From Perna viridis (Eukaryota): 64,000 bases of DNA. Below are positions 47,043-62,096 of this stretch, one piece after another. The notes beneath the pieces were generated by a model that was given only the letters and a program-made list of their open reading frames with translations, was not told the origin of the DNA and did no database searches. The stretch's first letter is position 1. Every line of letters starts with the position of its first letter. The translations under genes were made by a program, and so were the position numbers. Location: assembly GCA_037379345.1 (NCBI GenBank), contig CM074516.1, positions 5,518,001-5,582,000 on the forward strand, given 5' to 3'.

Positions 47043-50000
47043 CAGATGTTTAATGAACTATCAGATATTAAAACAGCCATAACTTAGTGAACAAATATTG
47101 ATAAAATGTTTGGTATTACGGACACTCAGATACATTGCAATATGGGGAACCAGACCCTGAAAGTTTGATGGGAAAGAGTTCATGCAGTTCAAATTGGCAC
47201 AAATCCTTATATCAAGATCATATGGCTGAAAATTATTGCACAAGCTCATCTTATGTAAATTTAACCACTGCAAATTTTAGTTTTGGATTTGTTCAGTCTT
47301 AAAGTTTATCAGAAAGGAAAACTAGTAATATGTCTAAAATTAGAGGGCAAAATTACAGTATTGTAATGGAAAGGTAGCCTTTTTTAAATTGAAGTGTTTT
47401 ATTTATGTTTAGATAAGTCCTCAAACTCAGTTGCAATTTATATTTTGCATTATTTTAACCCTACGATCCAAGAAATTTATCATGATTATTATGTGTTGGG
47501 CAAAACTTAGTCACATGAAATTATTGTTTGTGTATGTTTATTTCAATTGAAACTACAAATTTACCTTCATTTGTGATTATAAGGCATTTCTTTGTCACAA
47601 ATGATGGATTTCAAAGTATTATACAGATAGCAGTGATTTATCAAATGTTCCCTTTGTAAAAATTTTAATTATTCACACTGTGAAATAAATTGGGTAATTT
47701 CGCTTTCAGACCTATTCCCACCAAAACAGCAGAAGACAAATATCATTAAGCCAATCACAAAATTTTTTGTTGAAAACAGCAATAGTTTATGGAGGAAATT
47801 TATGTAATGAATAGGATAATCAATTAGTTTTCGTGAATAACCAGAATATATTCACTTGTGCCAAGAATACTTGATTTAACTTATGCACTGCACTTGTCAA
47901 AATTAGGCATTCTTCGACACTTAAGATCTTATTTTGTTTATTCACTCTTTCCAACTAATTATCCTATTATTGGCTTTAAAATTCATCAGGTTAATTTTAA
48001 AGACCAATCTCAAGAATCTAATTTTTTAATAAGAACCTAAATAAATTATTGTATGTGGCTTTACTATTGTGAATTATTTATTTTATTCACCTTGACCCTT
48101 AAAAGTGCCTTATACTTCATTACGTTTTTCTAAGTCAGTGTTTAATGTGATTTTTGTTATTATTATGATTGTTTATTATTGTATGGTTGTGATTAAACAG
48201 ATTATTTTTTTATTTGATCTGTAAGATAGAAATAGACATTAAGCAACTTCCCCTTGCTGTTGAAGGCTTTGTTTTTGTTGGTTTTGAGGTTTGATTCTTT
48301 TGAGCAGCAGTCCATTTAGAAATCAGGCAGATCTATGATATGGGTGATACAAGGGTAATTTTATCCTACCAAATTTTTGTTCCAATGTAATATCATTATG
48401 ATGTAAGAAAGGGATTTTCTGTGCTGAAACTGGATGACTCAGAATATATATGTTTGTTCAAAGTTCCCCAATAAATCTGCTAAATTTTGAACAAATCAAA
48501 GAGTTATTTCCCTTTATCTTAAATTGTGTATTGCTTTCTATATAATTTATTTCATTCTTTTCATTTCAATGAATTGCAAAACAACACTCAGATTTTTTTT
48601 AGAATACATGAGTTAGTTATCTGAAAGGGATAAAAAATATTGTGAAAACAAAATTTGGCATGTACCACCCTGTGTCTGGGTCTTCCAGGGACAACCTCTT
48701 AAAAATTCTTAACTGAAAAACTGAGTAAAGGTTACTAAAGGGTACCCATGCTCTCCATCCCAGTAACCACATGTTCTAAATATAAACATAAGTTGTCAAA
48801 CAGAAAGTTGATGTTCCTTCAGTATGAAATCAAAACCCATGATATGTCATACGTATATAAAGCTTCTGTCAAATTATTAAGTGGATGTAATATTTAAAGT
48901 AGTTGCAGAGGAAATTGTAATGAAAGTTTTAGGGATTGATGATTGAGGGTTACAAAGCGAGGTGTGTAATATATAATGAACCAAGATACAAGAACTTCTC
49001 TAATCTTTGAACAAACAACCATGTATTTTTTCTTTTTAACCAAAAAATCTGTATCCAGGAATACATGTAGGTAATTTGGCAGTTATTCAAGAAAATACTG
49101 AATAATTTCTTGTAAGCTGCTGTCATGGTAAGGAAAGTTTAGAAAAAAAAAGTTCTCTTGAGATTTCAACATATTATTATTAGTCGGTTAGCTCAGTGTA
49201 AATTTCTATCTCAGTATCTTGATTTATTGTTGTTTCCTGTGATCTGTTGTTTTGTACTGTACTTTTGAACCTGTCTAAAGTGAACAAAACCTGTGGTTCT
49301 ATTTAGACAGGTTTCACTGTAGTTTCAAGGAGTGGCAATGCATCACTGTTACTATGGCAACATGTAAATACTGATAGTAGTACAAAATCACCTCCACCTA
49401 ATACATGTATATGAAGCCCATCACACACCAAGAAAATATATGATTTATGTAGCTTACTTCAAATGTGGGCAAGAGGAATTGAAAAATATCTTTAGAGATA
49501 ACATGCACACTTACAAGTACATTTTATATATTCAATTTTTTATATACATGTATCTATACACTAGTACAAGAGATCTTGCCAATTTCATATCAGTTTTGGA
49601 TATTGCGGTTATAAATCTTTACAATTTTTAGTTTATATACTTTTTCATTTTTTTATATCACATTTTAATGTATATAAGAAGTGTCAGTGAATAATAATGA
49701 TTGTGAGGTAATGATCTTTTGACAAGTATCCATTATCTACTTGTTTTGTTTACAATTTATTGCATCTTGTACATGTATATTTGAGAATCCTTGTGTAATA
49801 CATCATTTGATTGATGCATAAATTAAGCTATGTTGCAGTAGAGATATGATTCCCCATTGATTTTCTTGTGAGAAATCACAATCCTGCCTTCACCCTAGCC
49901 CCCTGATAAAAATCAGTTGATAGTTTCCTTAAATTATTGGTACATATATAGTCAAAGCTACCACATGTATGTAGGAATAGCCAGTCTTAAAAAGCTTTTA

Positions 50001-51472
50001 TCTAGATATTCCTGTGTAGTAAATTCAAATTAACCTATATATAATGTGACCATATTTTGCTCTCCCTTAGATGGTCACTGAAGACAGGTTTATCTGGTTT
50101 CTGTTTCAGATTAATATTTAGTGTTGGTGTACCACTCTGTGTGATTTTAGTGCTGTTTTGTTTGTTCGTGTTTGTTTAATGTTTTTATTGTGTGTGTGTT
50201 TGTGTTATTACTCTCTTTGTTTGTTAGTTGTTTGTTGTATATTTGTAATGTCTCATGTTAGATATATTAGTGGTCAATGGTTTTATTTTTATCTCTTCAT
50301 TTTTGTAATCAATTCGTAAAACACAATTTGAAGAAAACTACATGTATTGTTCTGTGTTCTTTTATACCCTGAAGCTGCATTCAAGTGGTGAGTATTTAGC
50401 TAAGGTCACGAGGTATTAAGTACTATTCTGTGTGAGAGTCGGGCAAAGGGTGCACCTCCTTCTCAATTTGGTGTTTTTTGCTTCAGTGATATTCAGTACA
50501 TCTAGAAAACAACGGCAAAGCTATTTAGATAAATCCTAAAATAACTATTACATAGATATATTTACCACTTAAATTGGAGAAAAGGTAGTGAAATTTTCCC
50601 ACACAGTGCATTTCAACAAAATTTGACCTGTCAAATATTGGTTATTTCTGGAGGTGATGAGGTATAAAAATTTGTATAATGCTATAAAAAAACTCAGGGA
50701 AGGTACCACACCTTATACACATTTTGCCTGATTCTTAGACAGAGAAGAACTTAAAATGAAAATTTGATCTGTCAAGTCTCACCTAAATTAACAAAAAAAT
50801 TTTTGGCAAGTTTCAGTTGGGCTTGCAGCATGTTGAAACTTGGCAGTCTTTATGAAAACTGAGAAGATTGTACTGATTTACTTGATGTTGTGAGAGAGTT
50901 ATTATTCATTGATAACAAATTTTTGTTGTTTGGTCAAATCACTATATATGAAACCAAACAAAATGCTGACTTTATGTTAACTGGCATTAAATTTGCACAT
51001 TTGAATAAAAAAAAAAAATAAATAAAAATACAGTGGAAAATAAATTAAAGCACATCCAGTGAAAAAGGATTTCTATGAATATAATTACCTTCATAGTGCT
51101 AAAAATAGCCTGGTTTAAACAATCGGACCTTTTATTTTGATGTTTCTAACAGGAAATTTTTATACCCCATGCAATAAATGTTTTTGATGTGTCCATTTTT
51201 CTGTCGGTCACCTTTTTGGCCCTGTAATTCTCTTAAATCTCTGAATAGAGTTTCATTATTACACATTCCATTTTATTGATATTTTAGTGTATTGATATTT
51301 ATATGGTTGTTTATTTTATATATAGTTTATGCATATCCAATATATTACACTGTTTTTTTGTAAGAGCATATGATCATTTTTATTAATTTTTTTAATGTTA
51401 ATTTTATGAAATTTCAAGACATGTCAAGAAAATTTGATTTTTGCAAATTTCACTGTTGGAGAACACTATTAA

Positions 51473-51684
51473 GGAGGTAGACCTAGGGTAAGGGACATAA
51501 CTTTTACAAATCATTGGAACGTTTGTATTCAGCATTTTACATCAATCTCATGTAAGCATATAAGTAACCTGGACTGATTTCATTCTTTTTCAAATGAAAG
51601 CTTGGTAGGCTTTGGTTAAATTGATTATGATACAAACCTATTACTGATTTCAAGAGATATGTCCCTTACACTAGGTCTACCTCC
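51473..51684. mobile_element. Kolobok-like MITE (TTAA TSD, 27-bp TIR)
   Basis: TTAA|GGAGGTAGACCTAGGGTAAGGGACATA...TATGTCCCTTACACTAGGTCTACCTCC|TTAA; empty site present in the duplicate copy near 59325. Confidence 0.85.
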
Positions 51685-52882
51685 TTAAATCTCATTAAAA
51701 TTAATGACCTCAAAATAATTGCTCCTCTTTAATGATATTACAAATGTTGAAATACATTCTAGTATGACATGCTTCAAAGCCACAGTCATGGTAAAAAAAA
51801 AGATAAACACCTTTCATGCAACTTATAGGCCACGTCTGTTCAAAAATATGAATGAAGAAACTAGTCCTGTTAGATATGTGACATAAATGGACAGTCCATG
51901 GTAAAACAGTGATAAAATGGAGTTTCCATGATTTATTTCTTAACTATGCCATTACATGTAGACAAATATCAACAAAAGCAGTCTGCCATTTTTTTAAATT
52001 TTTGTAAGATATTGTCAGGAAATCATTGTTTTGTGTTAATTGCTAATTCCCACCTAAAAGTGAGTCAAAACAGCAGAAAATCAAGGATTAGAACTCCTAC
52101 TGGGACTTGTATATTTCTATGCAGATAGGCCAATGCTATATGCATTCTGTATGAAGAAAAAAAGTATGTTATTTACAGTAAAACCTGTCTAAACCAATCC
52201 CCTTCGACTGTAGAGTTTGTTTGGTTTATCAAGATTCAAAATTTAAACTGTTTTGAAGAGACTGAACAGATATCTGGTTTGGACAGGATTTTTAGTTAGT
52301 CAGGGTCCAGCTCGTATATGATTTACTGTATTACTCAATACAAGTATTAGGCAGAAGTTGATATATTAATATTGTTGTTAAAAATATATAGATGGAAAAT
52401 TTAGAACAACTTTAGAACTGTATGCATTTCATTATTGTTGTAATTTATAAATAGAAGAGGTTAACTTGTTCTTATTGATTGTGCTTAAAAAGCGATTTGC
52501 AGAAACAATTTGTGAACTTTAAATCATCTTAATGCAATCCAACTATATCATTTTGGTAATATCTGAACAGAATAATTTTGGTTGTAAATGATAATTCTTT
52601 TGGTTAGTGAATTAAATCTGTATACACAAACACACATGTAAATTTAATGGAGGATTGCATGTGTTACATCTTTTCATTACCAGTAATTCTGCCAGATTCT
52701 TAAATGGAGAAGTAAAATTAAAAAACTTGCACTATATATTTATATTTGTTTACAATATATGCCTTACTATTACCATGTTATTGCTTGACCAATAAACTAT
52801 TTGTTATTTATACACTTTAGATTGTTAACTTTTAAGCCTTAGTTCTGATATCATTCAAAGAGACATACCAAAGAGTACTCTT

Positions 52883-53332
52883 GGTGATCTCAGGTTAGCG
52901 TGCTTTCCTCAAGTGTGTAAGGTTGTGGGTTGGATCCCCAGCCAAGTCACACCAAAGACGTAATAAAATTGGTAGTCACTGCATCTCCACCAAGCATGGG
53001 AAATTTAAGGCGATAGAGGAATGACCGGTTGACTCAGAGTTCAAATAAAATGTCCAACGATGGTGACATGCCTTCCTGTGGGCTGTTGATTCTGTGAGCT
53101 AGCTCAATGAAAATTCTGCTCAGCCTGTCAGACCAGTACACTACAGAATAATGTGTCTGAGGGTGGAGACATGCCTATACCTGTGGGCTGTTGTTTCTGT
53201 GAGCTAGCACAATAAAAATCCAACTCAGCCTGTCATACTAGTACAATGGAGATCTGTACGATATTTAATCGCTTTCGTTCAGTAATGCATGAAATATCTG
53301 CCTATGAAGTTAAACCATGATCAATCAATCAA
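52883..53332 (+). mobile_element. tRNA-derived SINE with V-domain-like core
   Basis: Degenerate A/B boxes (GGTTAGCG; GGGTTGGATCCC), CACCAAAGAC...AAAATTGGTA...TGCATCTCC core and (TCAA)n tail; deleted paralogue at 60555-60786. Confidence 0.7.
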
Positions 53333-54954
53333 CTATACCAATTGTAAAATAAGGACCTGGGAGATGGTTGAATTAGAGATGGTCCAATATCTGAACCAGA
53401 CACTTTGGATTCCTTTTATATAAGTCATGGATCTTCAGTCTGTTACAACTTACAATTTGTTGAGGACCTGTCATTTTCCTGAAGTGTCGTTTCGCTTGGC
53501 GTTTAATTCTATTTACAACCCTCTCCACTAAAACGAAATCTCGGATCCGCCAATAGGTCAAAGAGTTTAAATTTGCGTTGACAGTACAATTAAGTTGAGC
53601 TTCTACTAATATATACGCAGACAGTTTTTCTTTTAAACAGGCTAAACTAACCGCAATTTGTTCACGTCGGAATGACGGGGCGCCGTATTGGACTTGATCT
53701 TTTTGTAATCAATATAAATTTTGCGAGACAAACGTCTATTTTGTGTCACAAAAGTCAATTCCGTGTAATGAATAATTTGTCTCAATCGGCGCCCCGTAGG
53801 AATAACTAGTATGCGAAACTTATTTAAAGGTCTTTGTCCTGTTTATTGCACCAACAGCCAAGATAGCTCGGTTACTTCTAGTTTGTGTGTCGTGCCTATG
53901 GTGTTAGTTTCTATAATTTTATATACTTAAAATGCTTGAAATATATAATAAAATGCAAAACTTTTTAAATTGTTCGTGGAAATATGACGCATTATTCCGT
54001 ATCTTTCGCAATTTTTTTTGACATACATGGGTTGCTAGTAAAATCGCTGTTTTGGTGATTAACGAAAATTGTCGTTCGCGACCATTAATATCCTCATCTT
54101 CCGCTAACAAACAAACTATAATAATTGACGTTCGTTATCGATCTGTTCAATGTCATTTCACTCACTTGACAATATGACGGGGGTGTTCGTATAATTTTGT
54201 GTTGCTCTTTTATACCGTTGTTACTTTGTATTCACTTTCAGATCATTTTGTTAGTAATTCTTACCCTTTAAACGCAAATTTTCACAGCTTTTCTGTAAAA
54301 AAAAGTATCACAAAGAACGTATCTGTTCTCATGACCCTGGTTTAGAGTAAAGTTTTTTTTACACAACTTACAGTTGCAGATGTAATAACAGAAGACAATG
54401 TTATGGTACTCTTTTATTTGTCTTTATTCACTTGAAAAAAAAGACTGGAAACAACTAAAAATACATAAAATGAATGAACGTTCGGATACACAGAGACAGT
54501 CTTCATAAAAGAAAAAAATATTTCGTCGCGATTTAAGAAAATAAAACTACGTAACAAATTGCCCCAACTTCACTGGGCTCTAACACAAATGTTCTCCCGA
54601 ACGATACGATCATCACAGAGACTAATAGAAATATTCACCCGAACGATCTGATAATCACATACTGATGTAAATACCTTTCCCGAACGAAATGATATTCATG
54701 AACTAATATAAATATCTGTAATCAATAACCCTTCTAGAAGTTCAATTTCCAAGTAAGTCAACACGCTCCAGTTTTTGTTTTTTGTTTTTTTTTTTGTGTC
54801 TTTGCCATATGAGTTTACATGCACTCCTGGGGTGGATCCAGAAATTTGAAATGGGGAAGGAGTGTGTAAGACTATCATTTGCCCCAATTTTGCACGAAAT
54901 TAACAAAATTTTCCAACAAAATACGGACCACCTCAGATCCACCACTGCACTCTA

Positions 54955-55950
54955 TCATTCCGAAAAAAAAAATGTTTTGTACAATTTCACATTATCTTTG
55001 CTTTCCAGTAAACCAAGACATCCAACGTAAGCCGTTTTATCATCGGTGAAGGCCAGGTAACCAGGATAAACAATTCCAACTGATGCTGTGTTGATGGAAG
55101 AAATAAAGCACCCCGTATTGTCGAGAAAGTGGAAAATATCGTGACTGTGATCGCCGACTAAAAAACAATCGGACGGAGTCCTGGTTATAAAGGACGGCCA
55201 AAACTTCACTTCTCTTTTATTATGAATGCTTGGATGTCCGTCGTATGTGTTAATCTTACTTCCGTCTTAACCCAACACAATCAGTCTTCCTGCCTCCGCG
55301 CCAAAAATAATGTCAGTTATAAAATGTTTCCATTGAGGCTACTTGAAATCAGTCGTGGATTCGAAAATATTTTTTGCTTATTTTTATCATATTCCCACTT
55401 CTTTATTTTTTTGCCATTCCAATTAAACAAAATGACGACGCCGCGACATCGCACAGTGCCTTGCATTTCCGAATTCCTAGCCCCAAGAATCAATTTATTA
55501 TCGTGGGTTTTATGTACAGAAGCGACTAGCAAGGGCCCAGTTTGGTACTTCGATACACTAATTCTCCCGGTAGTTTGATTAAAAACTTTCAACCTGGGAG
55601 TTCTATCAGCTAAAAAAAAGTCGGTCGTCCGATAGATTTTCAATACACATAGAATTCCTACGTGATGTTGTTTTCGAGATAATCACTTGGAGAGAAGACT
55701 TCAGCAGTTTGACATCTGAAGCGTAGAAGTTTTGTTGTTGTGTGAATATAAAATCCATAGAGAACCATCAGAACACGGTACCAAAAAGTGACAAGACGCG
55801 ATGTCGGTTTGGTATTCTTGTGCTAAATTGAGTTGTAACTTGCTTCTTATAAATGCGTCTGTCTTTGTTTTCTTTCTACCTCCCGTGTTCGCTGTCTTGG
55901 TCGACTTACAATCGTTTACATACTTAGAAATCTTTCCAAAACACGGGAAA
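54955..55950 (-). pseudogene. Frameshifted NHL-like beta-propeller (B-box/TRIM-type family) pseudogene
   Basis: Consecutive broken ORFs: KLQLNLAQEYQTD..CHFLVPCSDGSLWI; THDNKLILGA...VILFNWNGKKIKKWEYDKNKQKIFSNPRLISSSLNGNI; FWPSFITRTPSDCFLVGD...FHFLDNTG. Confidence 0.65.
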
Positions 55951-57910
55951 CGCAATGAGTAATTGTAAACACCACTTTTTCTTTTTGAACGTGTACCTGT
56001 CTTACACATTTTACAAGTAAGAATGTTTTTTTTTGCAGTGATAATGGACATTATAAAGCCAAGCTCGTTCTTATGGTACCACAAATGATCACCTTTATCC
56101 ACATGCTAAGCGATGCACTGGCTGTGTTATTCTGTTGCCAAGCATTTATATACATTTGTATAGGTAGATCAATTTAAAAATAAGTTTCTGCTATAGTTAA
56201 ATACACATATTTGTTGTTTACAGTATTGACTGTCTTTTAAGTTGAACGAGATTTGTTTGACAGTTTGAACATTTGAACAAAACACTAATAGCACCTGATC
56301 TGTTTATTAATGATAATACAATTCTAAAATACACTGTCTTACACATTTTGTAAGTAAGAATGTTTTTTTTTTGCAGTGATAACGGACATTATAAAGCCCT
56401 GCTCGTTGTTATGGTACCACATCTTGGTGTATCAGATTAGCTCTGTACTAACTATGTTAGTCCGTTGCCAAGCATTTGAATATTTATAGGATTAATATAA
56501 GTTATAAGTTAATAAAAAATTTAGTTCAAAGTATTTGTTCGTAAAAAAACGTGTCCTATGGATATTATCAGTAAAAAAGTGGTGTCCTAACAAAAGCATT
56601 ACATCAAAAAAGTATCTGTCCTACTGCTATTTGCACCGGTCCTGTGTGGCGATAAATTTTGACCGGTCCCTAAAAATCGTCAAATTGCAAAAATATGGGA
56701 TCAGGATAACCCCCCATGAGAAATTATTTCATCACTTATGAATAACATTTCTATTAGTACTGACTGTAAAATTTGAAATTTGATTTCCAAAGTGTTTATT
56801 TTTAAGACAATATTTTATCAATAAAATGATAACAGTTGTCATATACATACACTCTTTAAAAAGGAAATATATCTAAAAACAGTCATTTTGTTTCCTTTTC
56901 TGGCAGCTTTTCATATTTCATTAATGAAATTTCAAATAATTCTGGTAATAAGAAATAGAATATTAAATATAAAACGAAATACCCTTGAAAAAAATACACT
57001 GGACCATATTATTACACGACAGAAACTTCCTAAATATACTAATTAGAAATGAAAAAAAGTACAGAAATAAAACAAACAAAACAAAAATGGATAAAAACAT
57101 ACACAGAAATCGAACCATTTTTAATTAATACAAACAAAAACTTTCTAAATACACTGAACAGAATTGAAAAATACACACAAAAAAAAGACAAACACAAATA
57201 AAATGCAATACCAATATAAAAGGAACAGTCACAACAAAAGAAAAAAAAAGAAAAAGATACACAAAAAAACCTAACAAACAAAAATAAACAAAAATAAATA
57301 TATATTTGTACATTAACATTGAGCTTATTATAAGATGGGGACTTTTGTCGGGGGGTGGCGGGGTGCTTTTGTTCTGGGGCTTTTCTCTGGGGGGGGGGGG
57401 CAAAAATATTGGTAAGATAAAAGACGAGGACCAGAACCGATTTCTATCGTATACCTGAAATCAAGTTTGTTGTAAATTGTTAACATTTAACTCTGATTTA
57501 AATTAACCATTATAAATACGAATTACATTCAATTTATTTTTAAATTATCACACTAAAATTCACGTGGCATCGTAGCAGTGTGCAAGTTTCGTAAAGTTTA
57601 GGATACTTGTCACCCAGACGAATAAAGAAATCCTGCATAACTGAACTACCAACAACTGGTTCGCCATTTCCAATTTCTAAATTTTGAAGTCGAAATTCAA
57701 TTAAGCGAAGTTTAAGTCGACACTGTCTGTCAAATCATTTAAACTTGAATCACAATGCTGTCGTTAGAAGCAGTACCTCTCTCTATATACACAATGTAGC
57801 TGAAACATTCTCAGTTGATCAGCCATAGCTTAAGTGCTAAAAATTGTCACTTAAACCCCTTTGTGTCTTGTAAAACCACTTAGTTTCTGGGTACAGAGTT
57901 CTGTAGGTCA

Positions 57911-57994
57911 ATGAGTGTTAATGCTACATCAGTTTTCAAAGACACCGATGTGGCTAAAAGATTGTCTACTACACATGACCAATATGTTGTCGTT
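57911..57994 (+). mobile_element. Fragment of Penelope-like RT ORF
   Basis: SVFKDTDVAKRLSTTHDQYVVV resembles the segment preceding the PADKA motif of such elements. Confidence 0.4.
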
Positions 57995-58516
57995 AACAAT
58001 TTTTCAAAACTCTTCTCCTCTGAAAGTACTCAACCAATTAGAACCAAACTTGGCATGAATGTTTCTTGGGGTATTCTGCATAGAACTGATGTGGGGATTT
58101 TTGATCCGTTGAAAAATATGGCCGTTGGTACTAAAAAGAACATAGGGGTCAAAGAGTAGTTTTTCGCATATATCTCCAAAACCTTTAGGTTTAGCCAAAT
58201 TCTGACGTGAGATAAAAGTGTTCAGCATGATGAAATCTATGTCTTGAGGCATAAAATTTGTCAGACGCTTTCTTATAAGAGTTATTGCCCTTGACTGGAG
58301 AAAATGACAGATTTTTCTTTTTTTTTTTTACAGTTTTCAGCCAATGTCTTGAAAGCTATGATAGATTTAGACTTTCATTTACTGAAATGATCCTTATGAT
58401 AAGTCCAATTAAAGTTTTCTTGAGTCAAAATTGTTGGACAACTTCTTGTTTAACTATTGCCCTTGGAAGGCAAAATTCAACCAGGTGAGCGATTCAGGCT
58501 CCTGGGAGCCTCTTGT
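57990..58516 (-). mobile_element. HINE/Helentron-like element
   Basis: TCTTCTCCTCTGAA...CCAATTAGAACCAAACTTGGC core; terminus CCAGGTGAGCGATTCAGGCTCCTGGGAGCCTCTTGT. Confidence 0.65.
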
Positions 58517-58517
58517 C

Positions 58518-58760
58518 ATGGGCAACTCGGCGTGTGTTTCTAGAGAAGCAGAGGACGCTTACCAAACCGGTGCACCTGGTCCATGCTCACAGTTTTTAGT
58601 GGAGTCCAAGTTGCTCATTTGGTATTTTTACTTTGCATGTATGATTTTAGTTACTCCATGTTCTTTGTTGTGTATGTCTGTTTTCCATGTCTGGTCTTTG
58701 TCCCTGGATTACATTCTTTTGATTACCGCTATAACTTTGGTTCCCTTCTTTACCCTTTCA
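58518..58760 (+). mobile_element. Solo 3' terminal repeat of the Penelope-like family
   Basis: Reverse-complement match to 62170-62410. Confidence 0.75.
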
Positions 58761-59631
58761 ACAACAAAGTATGATAAAGGAAACAGTAAAGCCATTCACT
58801 TTTAATTCCCCTGAACAACTACAGCTTTTTAATCCGGTTTAATCCTAGATACAATTTATAGTTTTAGAATAACAACGAAGTTTCTTCAAACATGGACAAA
58901 TAGAGTGATTATTACGAATAGTAATAACGCAGGATCACAGATTAACACAATTACTGCATGGAAAAATTGCAAAGAAAGGCTCTGCTTTATGAATGCTGCT
59001 GATCTGAGAAGCACGAAACAGTTACGGATACATGGGGATGGTTTTAGGGTTTGGGTGGATACATGAGGATGGTTTCAGGGTTTGGGTCACCCTTTGGTTT
59101 ATTATTTTGTAAAGAATTTGGCAAAAATTGAGCTAATAGTAGACTTAAACCCCCTTTTTCATCACTACCCCATTTAGTCCCACGACTCAGCATTCGTTTT
59201 TAAATTTTCCCTCTAGGACTGATGACATTTTATAATCTCATATTGTTCTTCTTCCTAGCTAAACATAAAATGGCTTACTAACAACACTTTGATTGTAAAT
59301 TAAATTTCACTGTTGGAGAACATTATTAAAGTTCATTAAAAATAATAACATCAAATATGTTCCTCTTTTACAAATGTTGAAAATAGTCTGCCATTTTCTT
59401 TAAATTCCATAAGATGTTGTCAGGAAATCACTGTTTTGTGTTGTTTGATAATTCCCACCTCAAAGTGAGTCAAAACAGCAGAAAAACTCAAGGATACGAA
59501 TTCCTACTAGTACTGGTTTAATTCGTATTTCTATGTAGATATGTCAACGCCATATGCATTCTGTATTAAGTAAACAAATATGTTATTTCAAATACAGTAA
59601 AACCTGTTTAAACCAATCTCCGCTGCCTGTA

Positions 59632-59890
59632 CACAGACAAATGCGAAATTTATGTTAATCCAGCTTCACATTAAATTCATGTGAACTTAATATGAAATTA
59701 ACATGATTTTACATGAAATTCAATTAACACAAATTTCATGTAATCAATTCACTTGAATTTATTTGAAGGCTCGATTTAACTGAATTTCATTTGAACTCTG
59801 TCACAAAGTTTATTTGCTCAATTCAGGTGAAAATCATGTGAAATTCATGTAAAAATCATTTAAAAATCACGTGAAACAATTTTGCCTGTG
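59632..59890. mobile_element. Tc1/mariner-type MITE (TA TSD) nested in an older MITE
   Basis: TA|CACAGACAAAT...TTTTGCCTGTG|TA; absent from the paralogous site CTGTAGAG at ~52209-52216. Confidence 0.85.
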
Positions 59891-62096
59891 TAGAGTTTGT
59901 TTAGTTTAGATAGATCTTTTGTTTATATAGATTCAAAACACATTTAAACTGTTTTGAAGAGACTAAACATATGTTTGGTTTAGACAGGTTTCATTGCATT
60001 ACTCAATGCAAGTATCGGGCAGAAGATGACATATCAATATTGTTGTTAAAAAATTATATAGATAGAAAATTTAGAACAACTTTAGAACTGTCTGCATTTT
60101 AATATTGTTTTAATTCAAAAATAAAAGAGGTTAACTTTTTCTTATTGATTGTGCTTAAAAAGCGATTTGCAGAAACAATTTGTGAACTTTAAACAATCTT
60201 AATACAATCCAACTATATCATTTTGTTAATATTTGAACAGAATAATGTTTTATTGTAAATGAAAGTCCTTTTGCTTCATGACTTTAATTTGCATTTACAA
60301 AACACATGTAAATTTAATGAAGGATTACATGTGCTACTTTTTTTTTGTTACCAGTAATTCTGCAAGATTCTTAAATAGAGAAGTAAGGATAAAAAAACTT
60401 GCACTATATATTTATATTTGTTTACAATATATGCCTTACTATTACAGTGTTATTGCTTGACCAATAAACCATTTGTTATTTATACACTTTAGATTGTTAA
60501 CTTTTAAGCCTTAGTTCTGATATCATTCAAAGAGACATACCAAAGAGTACCCTTGGTGATCTCAGGGATAGAGTGACGATTGGTTGACTCAGAGTCAGAA
60601 TAATGTGTCCGACGGTGGTGACATGCCTACTTTTGGGTTGTTGCTTCTGTAAGCTAGCTCAATGATAATCCAGCTCAGCCTGTCAGACTAATACAATGCA
60701 GATCTGTTCGATTCCTCAATCGTCCCAGTCCTGAAATGCATGGGATATATGCACATGACGTTAAACCATAATCAATCAATCAATCACATCAATTGTAAAA
60801 TAAGATCCCGAAGAGGTTTAAATTAGAGATGGTTCAATATCTGAACCAGAAACATTTAATTCCTTTTATATTAGTCACGGAGCTCCAATTGATTGAGAAC
60901 CTTTTATTTTTCCAGAGGGGTTGTTGAATTAAATAATAACATTCAAGAAGTCTTGGATCTATCATTGTTGGGGGATAATTTAAATCCTTGATCTGAGAGC
61001 ATACAAAAAAGGCAACTGACAAATACGAGTCATAGTTCTAGTGTGTTTTAGTTACAACCCATACAGTGATTTAATACAGGAGATATTAATCAAAGGAGCC
61101 AAGATTCGAGTGGGTATCAGACGAATATATTCCAAGAATGCAGACTAGACAGGGAAAACAGTCACACACAACAAAGCACATGAAATAACCAACATAACAC
61201 GTACAAATAACACAAGAAATGAAAAACTCTACTAAACACTGCGACCATGAATCGGTTTCCCTTGTTCAAATGACAATGGTGATGAATGGTAGTTAACGGG
61301 ACAATTGACAAATGGAATTTGAGCTTTTGTCTCTCGTGGACATCATTATTGTATGGGCTGTAAAATTTTAACACTTAGTTCTTTTCAGTAATTATATATC
61401 ATGCCAAGAAATCCTCAAGAAAATTTTCAATCTGCCCCTACGGCACTAAGTACCTTTGGTAACGGGGAAGTGCAGATAAAGAGGTAATAACAGTTTATTA
61501 ATCTCCAATTTACTCAGAAAGTTCCCTTCACTTATGGAAGGAGCGAATTTCTTGGCATGGTCATCAGTGTATATTTACATGTACCCTTCTGTCCACATGT
61601 GCTGTATAATGTTTTTTTCTGCCTTTAATGTTTTTGGTGTTGAATTTTGCACCAGGGGCTTCATTGCATACAAGTACATAGGTTTTCACCAGTATGTTTT
61701 CTTGCCTCCCCGAGTGGCGTTTAATTCCATTTACAACCACCACCCCTAACACGAAATCCTGGATCCGCCTATAGGTCACAAAGTCTAACTTTGCTTTGAC
61801 AGTACAATGAAGTTTGACTTCTATTAAATATATATGTACAAAGTTTTTTTTTATATAAACAGGCTAATAAAATGTAACAAAACTAAACGCATTTGTCCGT
61901 ATGTCGGAAAAAATATATTAAGGTCTTTGATCGGTTTTATTTTTTCCAGTAGCTAAGGTTCAATGCTCAGATACTGTCATTTTGTTTGTGCGCTTTTATA
62001 TCGTTCATACCGTGGTTACCTTGTATTCACTTCCAGTCCATTTTTTATTAGTAATTCGAACCCTTCAAACACAAATTTTCTCAGATTTTCAGTACA

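Larger units (their letters stand above)
51440..55250 (+). repeat. Segmental duplication copy 1 (copy 2 at ~59300-64000+)
   Basis: Colinear homology, e.g. 52340-52890 vs 60005-60565 and 54555-55250 vs 63300-64000. Confidence 0.92.

Noticed and set aside
52883-52945. tRNA gene
   Set aside because: Degenerate A/B boxes with no cloverleaf, continuing into a SINE body and tail.
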